From the NCBI GenBank assembly GCA_918797485.1, contig CAKKNE010000001.1, forward strand, positions 1,116,001-1,180,000: DNA of 64,000 nucleotides, in the 5' to 3' direction. Source of the DNA: Pelagomonas calceolata (taxonomy: Eukaryota). Below are positions 61,954 to 64,000 of the stretch, one piece after another. The translations under genes and the position numbers were made by a program. Within the stretch, counting starts at the first letter, position 1, and every line of letters starts with the position of its first letter. The notes beneath the pieces were generated by a model that searched no databases, was not told where the DNA came from, and worked only from the letters and a program-made list of their open reading frames with translations.

Positions 61954-63999
61954 TTACTTCCGCCCCCACGCGCTATCCTCCGACTCGTCGTCGGAAGGCC
62001 AAGAATCCTTCCGCTGTTCCACAGCCGACTCGATGTCGGAGTCATCGGAACCCTGGGACATGTCGTCAGCGGAAGCCCGCGCCGCGCCGGCCGTCGGCGA
62101 CGGCCACCCCGCGCTGCTGTCCGAGTCGGTCTCGATGGCCGCCCGCCGTGCCGCGACGGCGGCGTCGAGCGGCGACAGCTTCGGCGGCGCGGGCGCGGGC
62201 GCGGGCGCCTCGTCGTCCCAGTCGTCAATGGTGTGGATCTCGCCCGACGTCTGCGCGACGGGCGCCGTCGACGACGACGCCTCGCGCGAGGGCGCGCCCC
62301 AGTCGTCGCCGCTGTCCGAGTCGTCGTCATCATTACCACCGGTCGGCGCCGTGATACCCACGACGCCCTCGGCCGTGTCGTCCTGGCCGTAGCCACCTGA
62401 AACGGGTTTGGCGTCGGGCCAGGCGTCGCCGCTGTCGTCGTCGCTGCCGTCGTCGGAGCGGATCGTGTCGAGGCGCCGCGGTGGCGCTTTCGATGGCATT
62501 GCGGGCGTCGCCGCGGGCTCCGGCCAGCCCTCGCTGCTGTCGTCCGAGTCGCTCGGCGGCGCGGGGGGCGCGTCCTTCGTCGCTTGTGGTGGCGGTGGTG
62601 GTTCGTCGACGTCGAAGGAGTACGCGGGCCCGCGGCCGCCGTCGTCCGACGCCGTCGGCGGCGCGGGCCAGCCCTCTTCGTCATCATCGTCCGACGGCGC
62701 AGGCCTTCTGGGCGACGCCCGCGCGGCGTCGAGGGGCGTCGCCCGTCTTTGTGGAGGCGGCTCGGCCTCGTCGGAGGACGAGCTGTCTTTCACCGGCGAC
62801 TTTGCCGACCGCTCGACCAGCTCCTCGTGGAGCCCTTCCAGCTCCGCGAGGTGCTGCTCCGCCTCCAATAACTCGTCATCATCAACATCCTCGTGGCCGT
62901 CGAGGGCCTCCAATGTATTGGCGATGGACGCCTCGAGCGCCTGTAACCGGTCGTCGTGGGGCGGCTCTTTTTCAGCATGTTCGAGGACGGCCGCCGCGTG
63001 CTCCGCGACGGCGCGCTCCTTCTGCAGCCGTCGCTCCAGCTTCTGGACCTTCTTTTGCAAATCGCGCGCGGCGCGCGAATCCGGCGACTGCGGCGGCTTC
63101 GCCCGCTCCTTGTCTAGTTCGGACCGCACCTCTTGCAGTTGCGTCGACAACTCCCGTTCTCGCTCCGAAATCTGCTTCCGGCCCTGCAGCCGCAGCTCGT
63201 CGATGGAATGGGCGAGCTCCGCGTGTCTCAATGACGTGTCCACAAGCTGTGCCTCGGCCTCGGCGAGCCTCGCCTGGTGCGACGCGCTTTGAGCCGCATA
63301 CGCCTCCTTCTCTCTGAGGACGTCGTCGTGTGCTTTCCTCGTCTGCGTCAGCTCCTCCTCGAGCATCTGATATTGTTTGGAACTTTGATCCATGAATAAC
63401 CGTTCGTCGTCTTTTGATGATGACAGTAGCCGCTGCAATTCCGCCTCGCGCTGCGCGGCCTTCTTGTCGTGCTTCTTCAATGCATCCTCGAGGCGTATCT
63501 TCTCAGAATCGCGCTGCGTGAGCTCCGCTTGTAAACGAGCCGCCTCGACCTGGAGCCGCGCGGCCTCGATGCGCGCCTGCTTCGCCTCCTCGCGCGTCTC
63601 GTCCAAGACCTTCGACGAGGCGGCCTCTAACTTCAGTGGAGACCGCCGCGGCGCATCCAATGCGACCTGCTGGAGGCGCTTCGGTGAGTTTGGGGCCTTG
63701 CCCCGCGGCGACCACGGCGGTCTCGACGGGGACGAGGGAGCGTCGCCAACAGCGGCGTAGCCCGCCTTGTACGCCTCTTTAAGATGGGAGGCCGTGCCCG
63801 TCAGCAGGGCATCCTCATCATCATCCCACGTCGCCTCGATGGCTTTCGGAGAGGCTAATCTCAAGGAAGAATGCATCGACGGCGGCCGCCGTCGCGGCGC
63901 GCGGCGCTTCGGCGGCGGCCTTAAAGGTCGGCCCGAGGCCAGGACCTCCCTGGCTCTATGTGCATTAGTCCCATATGTCACCGCGCCGCCTCGTTCGAC
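61954..63999 (-). CDS. Coiled-coil protein with acidic low-complexity tail bearing (G/A)WP repeats; 5' end may lie beyond the window
   Basis: Frame is open to the window edge; heptads followed by EEGWP, SEGWP, DAWP, AGWP, DSWP. Confidence 0.7.
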   Translation of the reverse strand, partial: VERGGAVTYGTNAHRAREVLASGRPLRPPPKRRAPRRRPPSMHSSLRLASPKAIEATWDDDEDALLTGTASHLKEAYKAGYAAVGDAPSSPSRPPWSPRGKAPNSPKRLQQVALDAPRRSPLKLEAASSKVLDETREEAKQARIEAARLQVEAARLQAELTQRDSEKIRLEDALKKHDKKAAQREAELQRLLSSSKDDERLFMDQSSKQYQMLEEELTQTRKAHDDVLREKEAYAAQSASHQARLAEAEAQLVDTSLRHAELAHSIDELRLQGRKQISERERELSTQLQEVRSELDKERAKPPQSPDSRAARDLQKKVQKLERRLQKERAVAEHAAAVLEHAEKEPPHDDRLQALEASIANTLEALDGHEDVDDDELLEAEQHLAELEGLHEELVERSAKSPVKDSSSSDEAEPPPQRRATPLDAARASPRRPAPSDDDDEEGWPAPPTASDDGGRGPAYSFDVDEPPPPPQATKDAPPAPPSDSDDSSEGWPEPAATPAMPSKAPPRRLDTIRSDDGSDDDSGDAWPDAKPVSGGYGQDDTAEGVVGITAPTGGNDDDDSDSGDDWGAPSREASSSTAPVAQTSGEIHTIDDWDDEAPAPAPAPPKLSPLDAAVAARRAAIETDSDSSAGWPSPTAGAARASADDMSQGSDDSDIESAVEQRKDSWPSDDESEDSAWGRK

Positions 64000-64000
64000 G

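Noticed and set aside
1..64000. tRNA, rRNA or autonomous transposase genes
   Set aside because: None were recognisable by eye; tRNAscan-SE, Infernal and TE HMM scans would be needed to exclude them.

Overview
This is a GC-rich, gene-dense eukaryotic nuclear sequence, most consistent with a pelagophyte alga (Pelagomonas/Aureococcus-like). That assignment is inferred from signal-peptide+AF(AP) plastid leaders, transposon-derived GC-AG/GT-AG introns and very short intergenic spaces. About 45 genes or gene fragments are present. Recognisable ones include an FBXO9-like F-box, an alpha-kinase, GH28, cold-shock proteins, CP12, AP-3 sigma, NDUFB9, an RluA-family pseudouridine synthase, a COMT-like methyltransferase, MCMBP, DnaJ-X and several glycan-modifying enzymes. 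Main observations: (1) a receptor-like gene (FG-GAP propeller, Cys-rich repeats, about 9 TM helices) ending in a RelA/SpoT-type nucleotidyltransferase domain, frameshifted in this assembly; (2) a CTAG-bounded 20-23 bp motif (CTAGTGTCTTACAGGCCGCTAG) in about 13 intergenic copies, mostly in divergent promoters; (3) two families of introner elements, most with 8-bp target duplications; (4) a five-copy array of unknown signal-peptide/RGG membrane proteins with independent intron gains; (5) a stretch of truncated gene fragments and twin 28-bp palindromes at 52-62 kb. All family calls come from reading motifs by eye; no database searches were run.
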